Notes: generated by a model not told the origin, from the sequence alone. A stretch of DNA of 64,000 nt from Nanobdellota archaeon (GCA_038044745.1 JBBSZK010000005.1:12841-76840); one strand, 5' to 3'. Shown: positions 18,127 through 26,962, counted from the stretch's first letter. Numbers and translations are program-made.

Positions 18127-19331
18127 TATTCGGATACGCGCCAGAAAAAATACGAAAGGACTTCCCTGCGTTGAATAAAGGCATAATCTACCTCGATAAT
18201 GCCTGCATGACGCTTAAACCGCTACAGGTTATAGATAAAATGAATGAATACTACCGCGAATATCCTTCGTGTGGAGGTCGAAGTTCACACGCGTGGGCGA
18301 TGAAAGTAGAAGAACAGGTCGCAGAAGCGCGCATGCGTGTACAAAAATTCTTAAATGCTCGTTCAGCGAACGAGATTATATTTACACGCAATGCAACCGA
18401 ATCGATTAATCTTGTTGCGCGCGGACTTCCCCTAAAGGAAGGTGACGAAATCATCCTATCGAGCAAAGAACATAACTCGAATCTCATCCCGTGGTTACGA
18501 CTTGCGAAAGAAAAAGGCATCGTACTAGTAGTTGTTCCCAGCAACCTTGACAATACCTTTTCATGTGAACAGTTGAAACGACTGATTACGAAACGAACAA
18601 AGCTCGTATCAATCGTGCATATATCCAATCTCGATGGAGTCGTTAACCCTGTAAAAGAAATAACCTTCATCGCCCACAAGGCGGGCGTGCCCGTGCTCAT
18701 TGATGCAGCGCAAAGCGCACCGCATATGCCGCTCGATGTAACAAAAATAGGGTGTGACTTCCTTGCGCTTTCAGGGCATAAAATGCTCGGTCCGACCGGA
18801 ACCGGCGTGTTGTACGGAACACAAGGCGCATTGGCACGTCTAATCCCCCTCGTGTCCGGAGGGGGAACCGTCATCTCTTCAACCTACACGTCGTTTGTCG
18901 AAGACAAAGTTCCCGAACGATTTGAAGCAGGATTGCAGGACTATGCCGGAATAATTGGACTCGGAGAAGCATGTAACTACCTCAAAAAAATAGGACTTAC
19001 AACGATTGAAAAACACGAACAAAAACTTAATTGCCGTGTTACGGAACAACTCGAAAAAGAACCGTACCTTGAAATCATTGGCCCCAAAGACTATCGACAG
19101 CGTTCGGGCATAGTCTCATTTAACATACGGGGGCTTGACCCGCTGAATGTCGCGCGCCTTCTTTCATCGCAAAACATCGCTGTGCGCGGAGGAATGCACT
19201 GCGTGCACAGTTGGTTCAATGAAAAACGGATGAAGGGAAGCGTTCGTGCCTCATTCTACTTGTATAATACCGAAGCGGAAGCGGATACGTTTGTTAAAGC
19301 GGTAAAAGGACTCGTACAACTACGAGCATAA
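18123..19331 (+). CDS. sufS: cysteine desulfurase (class V aminotransferase, SufS/CsdA-like)
   Basis: PLP-lysine motif LALSGHKMLGPTGTGVLYG and active-site loop RGGMHCV. Confidence 0.85.
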   Translation: MIFGYAPEKIRKDFPALNKGIIYLDNACMTLKPLQVIDKMNEYYREYPSCGGRSSHAWAMKVEEQVAEARMRVQKFLNARSANEIIFTRNATESINLVARGLPLKEGDEIILSSKEHNSNLIPWLRLAKEKGIVLVVVPSNLDNTFSCEQLKRLITKRTKLVSIVHISNLDGVVNPVKEITFIAHKAGVPVLIDAAQSAPHMPLDVTKIGCDFLALSGHKMLGPTGTGVLYGTQGALARLIPLVSGGGTVISSTYTSFVEDKVPERFEAGLQDYAGIIGLGEACNYLKKIGLTTIEKHEQKLNCRVTEQLEKEPYLEIIGPKDYRQRSGIVSFNIRGLDPLNVARLLSSQNIAVRGGMHCVHSWFNEKRMKGSVRASFYLYNTEAEADTFVKAVKGLVQLRA

Positions 19332-19814
19332 TTACTTTAACACAACCAGATTATGCATGCCCCGCCGTTTGCGCTCAATAAGGCCCTGTGATTCGAACTT
19401 ATCAAGAATGCGAGTTATTTTCACTTTAGCAAAACCGGTCTTTTCTCCAAGATCTGCTTGAAACAACGCACGTTCTTTCTCTATAAGCGTCAACACGGCG
19501 CGTTCATCAGCACTCAACGAACGCACATCAACAGACGGACGTTTTTGTTTTTCAATCACGCGACGCACCACAATTTTCTCGGACGGTTTAGAAAACAACA
19601 GTACAATACCGACGGCAAAAAGGATGGCAACAATCGCCAGAGACAAATACGTCTGTTCTTGAATCGTATCAAACGCAGGGCACACATCGGTTGAATGTTC
19701 AACCGGACACCCTTGTTCAACAATAGTCAACATGGCTTGATTAAACAACAAAATAATACCTACGATAACGACTGAAATACCGATAATCAACCATCCAACG
19801 GTGCGATTTTCCAT
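19332..19814 (-). CDS. membrane-anchored MarR-like winged-helix protein
   Basis: Two TM helices flank a Cys pair (GCPVEHSTDVCP). The C-terminal wHTH reads LFQADLGEKTGFAKVKITRILDKFESQGLIERKRRG. Confidence 0.6.
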   Translation of the reverse strand: MENRTVGWLIIGISVVIVGIILLFNQAMLTIVEQGCPVEHSTDVCPAFDTIQEQTYLSLAIVAILFAVGIVLLFSKPSEKIVVRRVIEKQKRPSVDVRSLSADERAVLTLIEKERALFQADLGEKTGFAKVKITRILDKFESQGLIERKRRGMHNLVVLK

Positions 19815-19850
19815 ACGTTTAAATAAACTGCGCTTTTAAGTACCTTACGT

Positions 19851-20432
19851 ATGGCTCTTTCATCAACCCTCGACGTCTGGCGTTCAGTATTTGCCCGCCC
19901 GCGTTCAGGAATACTATTTGTACTAATCGCGTTCGTATTCTTCACCGTAAACGTAGTCATTAAAAATTACAAGACGCTTGTTGCCATCACAAATGATCAA
20001 GGTATAAGTGCAGCGAGCTCATTCCTGTATACAATTACTCTCGGATTTCACCACACCGTGACGCCCTCGTCCTATACGACCATGATTATAATAACGGTGC
20101 TTACCGCGCTGCTTATTACACTGCTCGTATTCAGGGCTGAAGTCGCAGCCACAAAAAAAGTAGGAGTTATGTCAGGGTTGGGGATTGCATTAGGCATTGT
20201 TGCACCCGGATGCGCCGCCTGTGGGGTTGGACTCCTTGCACTTATAGGCATCAGCGGCTCCGCACTCGCGCTACTTCCGTTCAAAGGGCTCGAACTTTCT
20301 ATCATAGCAATAGGTATTCTTTATGTAGCCATATACAGCCTTACACAACGTTTAAGAAGTTGTGACGTATGCAAAATAAATCTTGGAAAAAATGATGAAA
20401 GGAGGAAACACTATGGAAGAAACAAAAACTAA
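19851..20432 (+). CDS. polytopic membrane protein with an in-membrane CAAC motif
   Basis: GIVAPGCAACGVGLLALIGISG, plus a C-terminal CDVC. Confidence 0.45.
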   Translation: MALSSTLDVWRSVFARPRSGILFVLIAFVFFTVNVVIKNYKTLVAITNDQGISAASSFLYTITLGFHHTVTPSSYTTMIIITVLTALLITLLVFRAEVAATKKVGVMSGLGIALGIVAPGCAACGVGLLALIGISGSALALLPFKGLELSIIAIGILYVAIYSLTQRLRSCDVCKINLGKNDERRKHYGRNKN

Positions 20433-21135
20433 CTCCTGGAAATATGCATTTGTTGCGCTTGTAGGAGTGCTCGTTATCGCAGGCGCGATTCTCTGGTTAA
20501 ACCAGGGTTCCGTCACCGGTAACGTCGTGAAAGACACGACAAACACCGTCTCTGTCAAAACATTGATGGACGATGATGCAATGCTAGGACAAGCAAACGC
20601 ACCGGTAACGATTGTGCAATTCACCGATTGGCAATGTCCGTTCTGTCGAAAGTTCGAAACAGATACATTTAATCAAATAAAACAGAACTATATTGACACC
20701 GGAAAAGTAAAATTTGTTACCCGTGACTTCCCGCTTGAGAGCATTCATCCCGGCGCGATTCCTGCAGCACTTGCCGCAGAATGTGTTAAGGCCGAAGGAG
20801 GCGCATCAGCCTATTACACCTTCAAGCAGAAAGTAACCGAAGAACAAAACATTCGTGATGGAGGTACCGCGACAAGCCCTGTAACTAAAACAGTTACCTT
20901 TACGAACGACGATCTCGTCTCGTGGGCGCAGTCAGTCGGATACACCATCGCAGATTGCCTTGAAAGCCAAACATACGCATCAGAAGTACGTAAGGACCTA
21001 AGTGATGGTCAAGCCGCAGGTGTTCGAGGAACGCCCGCATTCTTGATTATCGATAAAAAGGGAACCTCAACGCTACTCTCGGGAGCACAACCGTTTAGTG
21101 CATTCAAAACTGCACTCGACAAGGCACTCGCCTAA
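20413..21135 (+). CDS. DsbA-like thioredoxin-fold oxidoreductase (anchored)
   Basis: The FTDWQCPFCRKFE CxxC motif sits in a DsbA/Thioredoxin_4 context, and GTPAFLI lies near the C-terminus. I prefer the ATG at 20413, which is preceded by GAAAGGAGG. Confidence 0.7.
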   Translation: MEETKTNSWKYAFVALVGVLVIAGAILWLNQGSVTGNVVKDTTNTVSVKTLMDDDAMLGQANAPVTIVQFTDWQCPFCRKFETDTFNQIKQNYIDTGKVKFVTRDFPLESIHPGAIPAALAAECVKAEGGASAYYTFKQKVTEEQNIRDGGTATSPVTKTVTFTNDDLVSWAQSVGYTIADCLESQTYASEVRKDLSDGQAAGVRGTPAFLIIDKKGTSTLLSGAQPFSAFKTALDKALA

Positions 21136-21186
21136 CCAAACATTTTTATTTTAATATATCTTTTAATCACACACGAGGAAAAGAGC

Positions 21187-21660
21187 ATGCATACCTGCAC
21201 ACTATGTGAGAAACAATTTCAATCAGCGGAAGCACTGGGACAACATCGCAAAGCCATCCACGGACAAACGCCCGACATCCTGACAAAGAGCGCTTCAAAA
21301 CGATACCTCGCGTGGATAGGCATTATTATACTCGTTACCGTTCTCGGATATGGAGCGTCAACCTTCTACACACCTAATTCAGCATCAGACGTTGCACTCG
21401 CACAATGTATTGCAGATTCGGGCGCAAAATTCTACGGAGCATTTTGGTGCTCGCACTGCAATGACCAAAAAGAACTGTTCGGTTCGGCAGCAAAATATCT
21501 GCCCTATATCGAGTGTTCTAATGCAGATAGATCACAAAAGCAAATCTGTGCCTCGGTAGGCATCGACGCCTATCCGACTTGGGTATTCGCAGACGGCACG
21601 CGCGGCAACGTTTTCACTAAGCTCGAACTCAGTCGTAGAACCGGCTGTCCGCTCGTCTAA
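21187..21660 (+). CDS. C2H2 zinc finger - TM helix - thioredoxin-like domain fusion
   Basis: HTCTLCEKQFQSAEALGQHRKAIH is C-x2-C-x12-H-x4-H. The TM helix is YLAWIGIIILVTVLGYG. The Trx-like domain (FYGAFWCSHCNDQKELF ... AYPTWVF) is of the kind fused to VKOR proteins. Confidence 0.6.
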   Translation: MHTCTLCEKQFQSAEALGQHRKAIHGQTPDILTKSASKRYLAWIGIIILVTVLGYGASTFYTPNSASDVALAQCIADSGAKFYGAFWCSHCNDQKELFGSAAKYLPYIECSNADRSQKQICASVGIDAYPTWVFADGTRGNVFTKLELSRRTGCPLV

Positions 21661-21687
21661 CCTCTAATCTAAACAAGAAGAAACTTC

Positions 21688-22239
21688 ATGAGAGAACTAC
21701 AAAAAGCAGGGCTCGGTTTTGTGCAGGTATTTTGGGGAAACGGCAAAGGAAAAACAACAAGCGCATTGGGAACGGCCTTACGCGCCTGTGGAAACGGCTA
21801 TCGAGTTCATCTTGTCCAATTCATGAAAAACGGCGCATCAAGTCTCGATGAGCAAATACCTGGAGAGATTAAAGCGCTCGAAAAGTTCTCTGCATTTACC
21901 TACAAACGATTTGGCACCGGAGACTGGGTGATAAAACACCCCACACCTGCTCAAATCAAAGCTTGCCAAGAGGCACTGCACTACCTTGCCGGTTCACTCG
22001 ACAAACATGATATTGTCATCGCAGATGAGATATTATACGCCGTGCAATTAGGATTGCTGACCGAGGAAGATATCATCTCGCTTATCAAAGAAAAACCTGC
22101 CACGACAGAACTCATACTGACAGGATCCCACAAGCCCCACCCTCGCATTTTTGAGCACGCACACCTTGTCACCGAAATCAAAAAAGAAAAACATCCGTAT
22201 GACCAAGGTTTTTTGGCTCGAAAAGGTATTGATTACTAA
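21688..22239 (+). CDS. cobO: cob(I)yrinic acid a,c-diamide adenosyltransferase (CobA/CobO/BtuR family)
   Basis: P-loop WGNGKGKTTSALG, HLVQFMK and ADEILYAV blocks. Confidence 0.75.
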   Translation: MRELQKAGLGFVQVFWGNGKGKTTSALGTALRACGNGYRVHLVQFMKNGASSLDEQIPGEIKALEKFSAFTYKRFGTGDWVIKHPTPAQIKACQEALHYLAGSLDKHDIVIADEILYAVQLGLLTEEDIISLIKEKPATTELILTGSHKPHPRIFEHAHLVTEIKKEKHPYDQGFLARKGIDY

Positions 22240-22257
22240 ACTGTTACCACCCAAAAG

Positions 22258-22265
22258 TTTATATA
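22258..22265 (+). promoter_or_regulatory. TATA box
   Basis: TTTATATA lies 29 nt upstream of the ATG at 22287. Confidence 0.45.
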
Positions 22266-22286
22266 AGCCTTCTTAGAACTTATCGA

Positions 22287-23459
22287 ATGCACCAAAAAGC
22301 ATTCTGGAGCGTACTTGTAACGATAGCACTATTAACAACGCTACAGCTCACATCCGCACAAGAAGCACAGGAAGCATCCGTTACGGTTAACATTGGCTAT
22401 GTCGCAAACTACAATCCATTGAATATCACAAACGCCTCGGCGCCTGACCTGACTGACGCAATATTCTTAGGAAATAATTCAGCACCGATAGGAACCCATC
22501 ACATCACACTTCCACTCACAAATGGACGTATCCCACTCGTTGACGCAAGCGGTTCAGAAGACGTACCCGGTCTCTATATGGAGCGCGGACAAGATGCGAA
22601 CGGAGCGTTCATCAAATTCTCCCTCTATGGATACAATGACGCATCAACCTATGAAATCATGAAGTTCACCGCTTCTTTAACAAACGCCAAAATTGTGGCA
22701 ATCGTCAACGACTCAAAAGCACCCTATGAACTACAAGGTGACGGCATCTGCGGTATCAATGAAGAAAACCCTGGGGCAAGCACAGGAAATGACGAAATAA
22801 CCCCTAACGCACAAAACACAAGCGCCGAATTTTGCGCAACGCTCAATCTTCATATCGACCTTGCACGCCTTTACTACGTGTACGAAGATAATACCGCTCC
22901 CGAGCTCACAAACATAATCATATCGCCTACGCTTCCACGTTCACTCGATGAAGGAGAAAGCGAAGAATTCATGATAACGTTCACGAGTGATGAATATCCG
23001 CTCACAACTCATTTCACGCTCGTCAACAGCAAAGGAACACAGGTACATCAAACGTCAGACAGCACAATCACAAGCGCAAGCGACTTGCCTCTAACGTACG
23101 TACTACCGAACAACCTTGATGCGGATAGCTATACGTTATATATGCATGTGCAAGACAGCACAGGTAATCATAATATGATTTCCCTAGGAACAATCACCAT
23201 TTATGAAGATGACAGCAACTCAAACGATCGACGCTCGCGTACACTCGTAAGCGATGAAGAGCGAGAAGCGTACGCGTTCGGAGAGCAAAGCGCATCAAAG
23301 CGCACAACGCGAACATATGACGACGCCGAATCGATAGTGCTCGATACATCCCCAAAATCTACAAAAGCTCCTGCGATGATGACATGGTTGATAGGGTTTC
23401 TCGTACTCAATATCATCCTCTTTTTGCTTGTGTTGATTATTGCGTTTCTAAGACGATAA
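22287..23459 (+). CDS. surface protein with signal peptide and C-terminal membrane anchor
   Basis: The N-terminus is FWSVLVTIALLTTLQLTSAQEA. The C-terminus is a TM helix, MMTWLIGFLVLNIILFLLVLIIAFL, followed by RR. Confidence 0.5.
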   Translation: MHQKAFWSVLVTIALLTTLQLTSAQEAQEASVTVNIGYVANYNPLNITNASAPDLTDAIFLGNNSAPIGTHHITLPLTNGRIPLVDASGSEDVPGLYMERGQDANGAFIKFSLYGYNDASTYEIMKFTASLTNAKIVAIVNDSKAPYELQGDGICGINEENPGASTGNDEITPNAQNTSAEFCATLNLHIDLARLYYVYEDNTAPELTNIIISPTLPRSLDEGESEEFMITFTSDEYPLTTHFTLVNSKGTQVHQTSDSTITSASDLPLTYVLPNNLDADSYTLYMHVQDSTGNHNMISLGTITIYEDDSNSNDRRSRTLVSDEEREAYAFGEQSASKRTTRTYDDAESIVLDTSPKSTKAPAMMTWLIGFLVLNIILFLLVLIIAFLRR

Positions 23460-23460
23460 C

Positions 23461-23495
23461 TCGATTCTCGATGCAGAGTGGACCTATCGAGAATA
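23461..23495. repeat. 35-bp direct repeat, copy A (duplicate of the tRNA-Ala 3' end plus trailer)
   Basis: CTCGATTCTCGATGCAGAGTGGACCTATCGAGAAT is identical to 23546-23580. Confidence 0.9.
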
Positions 23496-23545
23496 CTTCA
23501 TCTTCGTGAGAAGTGAAGTCGCCAAGGACATCGTGTCCTTAAGCG

Positions 23546-23580
23546 CTCGATTCTCGATGCAGAGTGGACCTATCGAGAAT
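23546..23580. repeat. 35-bp direct repeat, copy B (overlaps the last 16 nt of tRNA-Ala)
   Basis: Same 35-mer as copy A. Positions 23565-23580 are the tRNA acceptor 3' strand and T-stem. Confidence 0.9.
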
Positions 23581-23635
23581 CGAACTCGAATCTTACCCAT
23601 GCCATGGGTACATCATACCATTAGACCATAGGCCC
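23565..23635 (-). tRNA. tRNA-Ala (anticodon GGC)
   Basis: Hand-folded 71 nt: acceptor GGGCCTA/TAGGTCC with G3:U70, anticodon arm TACCC-ATGGCAT-GGGTA, T arm TCGAG-TTCGATT-CTCGA. No CCA is encoded. Confidence 0.9.
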
Positions 23636-23755
23636 ATTAAAGCCCTGAGAAAGAATGACTATTTAAACAATAAGGACATACAATCGTATGAGAAAATCGC
23701 GCCGCATCGCACAAAAGCAACGTGCTAAAGCAATACGCAGAAAAAACAAAAAACG

Positions 23756-24013
23756 TTAGTTCTGGTTTCCCCAATTCCAACGCGGACGCTCACCCGTCTT
23801 AAGGCAAATAACAAGAAGTAAAAGTGTTGCAAGAACAAACCACGGAGCAACCGCAAAGAGCGTGTCAGACGCAGAATGAGAGCGTTCATCAACATACACA
23901 AACGCAAACCCTAAGAAGAGCACATACGCAAACATAATCAGAAAGCCCTGCCAGCGTGAAGGATACCACCCCCACCCAAATCGCTTGGCCTTGAACCAAT
24001 AGCGTCGTTCCAT
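23756..24013 (-). CDS. small membrane protein (85 aa)
   Basis: KRFGWGWYPSRWQGFLIMFAYVLFLGF plus a second TM helix. This is a common small-membrane-protein pattern. Confidence 0.5.
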   Translation of the reverse strand: MERRYWFKAKRFGWGWYPSRWQGFLIMFAYVLFLGFAFVYVDERSHSASDTLFAVAPWFVLATLLLLVICLKTGERPRWNWGNQN

Positions 24014-24045
24014 TCTGTCTTAACAAAAGCTAGATTTATAAACCG

Positions 24046-24585
24046 ATGCCCGAGCAAGTTTTAATGACGCTCGTAGAAAAGCCACTAGAAAGAATGCTCA
24101 TGGAGATAGAGGCCCATGGCGTAACTTCGATGCAAATAATCCCCAAAGAGCTCCCGCCTTCGAATACACCTGCGCGATATCGTACACACCGGTTGCATGG
24201 CGCACTCGTCGAGTGCGCAACAGCGCTTCTCATCGAACAAGAACCCCGCCTCCTTAAGGATAGATTCAACCTAACCTCTTATTTTCCTGTGCCCGAGCAA
24301 GTACTCGGTGCGCTCTGCTTTGACATAGTTCGTTCAATTCATAAAGGAAACGAAGAGATTCCTATCCGCGTACAAAGTTTTACCGGAAACAACGGATACC
24401 TAATCCGCGCTCACGCGCATCCTTCGTATTGTGTGAACCCTCAAAAGGACTATCCTACAAGAGAGCATGACACCACCGATGAAGACCTACGTTATCTATT
24501 ACAATGTATACACAGATCAGACGTATGCAACGTCGCATTTGAACGCTATCGACAGGCATCCTCAGTTCAAAGACTCATTAAGTAA
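24046..24585 (+). CDS. hypothetical protein (about 175 aa)
   Basis: No motif was recognised. The TATA ATTTATAAA at 24035-24043 favours the internal ATG at 24064. Confidence 0.4.
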   Translation: MPEQVLMTLVEKPLERMLMEIEAHGVTSMQIIPKELPPSNTPARYRTHRLHGALVECATALLIEQEPRLLKDRFNLTSYFPVPEQVLGALCFDIVRSIHKGNEEIPIRVQSFTGNNGYLIRAHAHPSYCVNPQKDYPTREHDTTDEDLRYLLQCIHRSDVCNVAFERYRQASSVQRLIK

Positions 24586-24597
24586 CGCAATTCCTCT

Positions 24598-24602
24598 AAA
24601 AA
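24598..24602 (-). terminator. oligo-T tract directly after tRNA-Ala(CGC)
   Basis: TTTTT on the minus strand abuts the discriminator base. Archaeal terminators are oligo-T. Confidence 0.35.
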
Positions 24603-24673
24603 TGGACGTGTCGGGAATTGAACCCAAGTCCCACCGACGCGAACGGTGTATACTACCACTGTACTACACGCCC
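24603..24673 (-). tRNA. tRNA-Ala (anticodon CGC)
   Basis: Hand-folded 71 nt: acceptor GGGCGTG/CACGTCC with G3:U70, anticodon arm CACCG-TTCGCGT-CGGTG, T arm TTGGG-TTCAATT-CCCGA. No CCA is encoded. Confidence 0.9.
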
Positions 24674-24720
24674 TTAAAAACCCAACAGAAAACAGGTATT
24701 TAAATCTACACAAGCGAAAT

Positions 24721-24729
24721 CTTTAAAAG
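24721..24729 (+). promoter_or_regulatory. TATA box for groES
   Basis: CTTTAAAAG lies 30 nt upstream of the ATG at 24751. Confidence 0.4.
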
Positions 24730-24750
24730 TTCTTCTTTTTGTAGGAAATC

Positions 24751-25023
24751 ATGACAATCATACCTTTGGGAGAACGCATCTTGCTTAGACCTATGAAGCG
24801 AGAAGAAAAAACAAAATCGGGCATATACTTACCGAAAGATACTGATAAAGACAAAAAAGAAGGCATCGTGGAGTCAGTCGGTCACGATAAAGAAGGCAAG
24901 CCGTTACCTCTAAAAAAAGGAGACCATGTCATGTACGGCGGATACAGCAACGAAGAGTTCGAAATCAATGGCGAAACCTTTATATTCGTGGACTTTAAGG
25001 ACGTCCTAGCGAAGATTGAATAA
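24751..25023 (+). CDS. groES: co-chaperonin GroES (Cpn10)
   Basis: PLGERILLRP...KTKSGIYLP...GIVESVG...LKKGDHVMY...DVLAKIE. Confidence 0.85.
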   Translation: MTIIPLGERILLRPMKREEKTKSGIYLPKDTDKDKKEGIVESVGHDKEGKPLPLKKGDHVMYGGYSNEEFEINGETFIFVDFKDVLAKIE

Positions 25024-25025
25024 AA

Positions 25026-25355
25026 ATGATTGAAATACAAAAATCTCGACTGCCGAGCGAATCTGATTTAGAAAAGCTAACAAATTGTCGCGTAGAAACT
25101 TATTCCTTGGGGCCCGCTAAATATATGGGGCTCCATACGAACGAGAAAGGAAAGTACCATGTGTTTTTGGGAGAAGGAGTTTATAGCAATACAATGGCGC
25201 TAGCAAGCATCCCTCAAGGGAAGATAATCGTTGTAAACGATGAACTACGAGGGAAAAATGAATCTGAACCCATAATCGAAACAGTTCAAAAAGATGTATC
25301 ACCCCTCCTATATCAACTACTTAAGAGTATCTTCGAGGAAAAACCAAGACAATGA
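25026..25355 (+). CDS. hypothetical protein (109 aa) between groES and groEL
   Basis: It starts 2 nt after the groES stop, and its own stop overlaps the groEL ATG (ATGA). No motif was recognised. Confidence 0.5.
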   Translation: MIEIQKSRLPSESDLEKLTNCRVETYSLGPAKYMGLHTNEKGKYHVFLGEGVYSNTMALASIPQGKIIVVNDELRGKNESEPIIETVQKDVSPLLYQLLKSIFEEKPRQ

Positions 25356-26962
25356 TATCCAAACAAATCATATTCAACGAAGAAGCCCGCAGAGCATTAC
25401 AACGAGGCATTGACAAAGTAGCTAACATCGTCAAAGTTACCTTGGGTCCGCGTGGGAGAACCGTCATTCTAGATAAACCGACCTCTCCGCTAGTTTCAAA
25501 CGACGGCGTGACGATTGCCAAAGAAATCGAACTCAAAGACAAATTTGAAAACATGGGCGCCAAACTCATGAAAGAAGTAGCCTCGCAAACCCAAGACAAA
25601 GCAGGAGACGGCACGACCACGGCAACCGTTCTTGCGCAAACCATGATTGCAGAAGGCCTCAAGAACATCGCGGCAGGAGCGAATCCAGTTGAAATCAAAC
25701 GAGGCATTGAGCTTGCAACCGAACACGTTGTGCAATACATTAAATCCCAATCATCCGAGGTTAAAGACAGGCAACGTATCGCGCAAGTCGCAACGATTTC
25801 AGCGAACAATGATGAACATATCGGAAAACTTATCGCAGAAGCCATGGAAAAAGTAGGTTCACGAGGCGTCATAACGGTCGAAGAATCTCAGACGCTCGAA
25901 ACTTCTCTTGACCTTGTGGAGGGTATGCAGCTCGACCGAGGATATTTGAGCCCGTATATGGCGACCGACCATGAAAAAATGGAAGGGTCCTACGAAAACG
26001 CCTACATCCTTATTACCGACCAAAAGATAGCTAAAATGAAGGACCTCCTCCCCGTACTCGAAAGCTGCGCGCAAGAAAGCAAACCGCTCTTTATCATAGC
26101 AGAAGACGTCGAAGGCGAAGCGTTAACGGCACTCGTAATTAACGCCATTCGAGGCGCGCTCAAGGTGTGTGCCATTAAAGCGCCCGGATTTGGAGATGAA
26201 AAAAAGGAGATACTTGAAGACATTGCTATTCTCACGGGTGCACGCGTACTCTCAGAAGAAAAGGGCGACAAGCTCGAAGACCTTGACCCCACCTATTTAG
26301 GGCATGCTAAAAAGATAAAAGTCGACAAAGACATGACCACGATTATTCAAGGCGCAGGCAACCCGCAGGCATTAGCAAAACGTATTAACCAGATAGAAAC
26401 GCAAATAAAAGATGCGGATATGGACTACAAACGCGAAGAACTGCAGAGACGCCTTGCCAAATTAAGCGGTGGAGTAGCCGTCATTAATGTAGGTGCGGCA
26501 ACAGAAACCGAACTCAAAGAAAAGAAACTCCGCATTGACGACGCCTTACATGCGACCAAAGCGGCCGTTGAAGAGGGCGTGGTAACCGGCGGAGGTATGA
26601 CTCTTTTCAGAGCCATCAAAACCCTCGAAGCACATGTATTACCGGGAGAGCAGGCTATCGGCGCCAATATTGTCAAACGAGCACTCGAAGAGCCCTTGCG
26701 TATGATTGCATTCAATGCAGGCAAAGACGGTTCAGAGGTGATTGCAACGATTAAAGCCCATACGGGTGAAAATATAGGATTTAACGCCAAAACCAATGTC
26801 TATGAAGACTTAGTAAAATCGGGAGTCATTGACCCTACAAAAGTCGTCAGAACGGGGCTCCAAAACGCGGCAAGTATTGCCGGCATGGTCATCACCACCG
26901 AAGGCCTCGTCGCCGACTTTGATGACGAAAAAGACGAAAAGACACCCCAAATTATAATCTAA
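25352..26962 (+). CDS. groEL: chaperonin GroEL (Cpn60, group I)
   Basis: Full-length match to GroEL blocks: [62 protein letters not shown]. The tail is acidic and ends PQIII; there is no GGM repeat. Confidence 0.95.
   Translation: MISKQIIFNEEARRALQRGIDKVANIVKVTLGPRGRTVILDKPTSPLVSNDGVTIAKEIELKDKFENMGAKLMKEVASQTQDKAGDGTTTATVLAQTMIAEGLKNIAAGANPVEIKRGIELATEHVVQYIKSQSSEVKDRQRIAQVATISANNDEHIGKLIAEAMEKVGSRGVITVEESQTLETSLDLVEGMQLDRGYLSPYMATDHEKMEGSYENAYILITDQKIAKMKDLLPVLESCAQESKPLFIIAEDVEGEALTALVINAIRGALKVCAIKAPGFGDEKKEILEDIAILTGARVLSEEKGDKLEDLDPTYLGHAKKIKVDKDMTTIIQGAGNPQALAKRINQIETQIKDADMDYKREELQRRLAKLSGGVAVINVGAATETELKEKKLRIDDALHATKAAVEEGVVTGGGMTLFRAIKTLEAHVLPGEQAIGANIVKRALEEPLRMIAFNAGKDGSEVIATIKAHTGENIGFNAKTNVYEDLVKSGVIDPTKVVRTGLQNAASIAGMVITTEGLVADFDDEKDEKTPQIII

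Noticed and set aside
23461-23580. Two identical 35-bp repeats with a 50-bp spacer, which could look like a minimal CRISPR array.
   Set aside because: There are only two copies. One copy is the 3' end of a tRNA gene. The spacer is itself two hairpins, and there are no cas genes or leader in the window.
25321-25872. 183-aa ORF antisense to groEL. Similar long antisense or alternate-frame ORFs occur at 18251-18874 (in sufS), 58770-59396 (in gnd), 48252-48731 (in tal), 16503-16922, 8500-8814 and 13034-13363.
   Set aside because: These are shadow ORFs inside genes with strong family motifs. Their translations are low-complexity (Ser/Ala/Arg/Cys-rich) and they have no promoter or start context.
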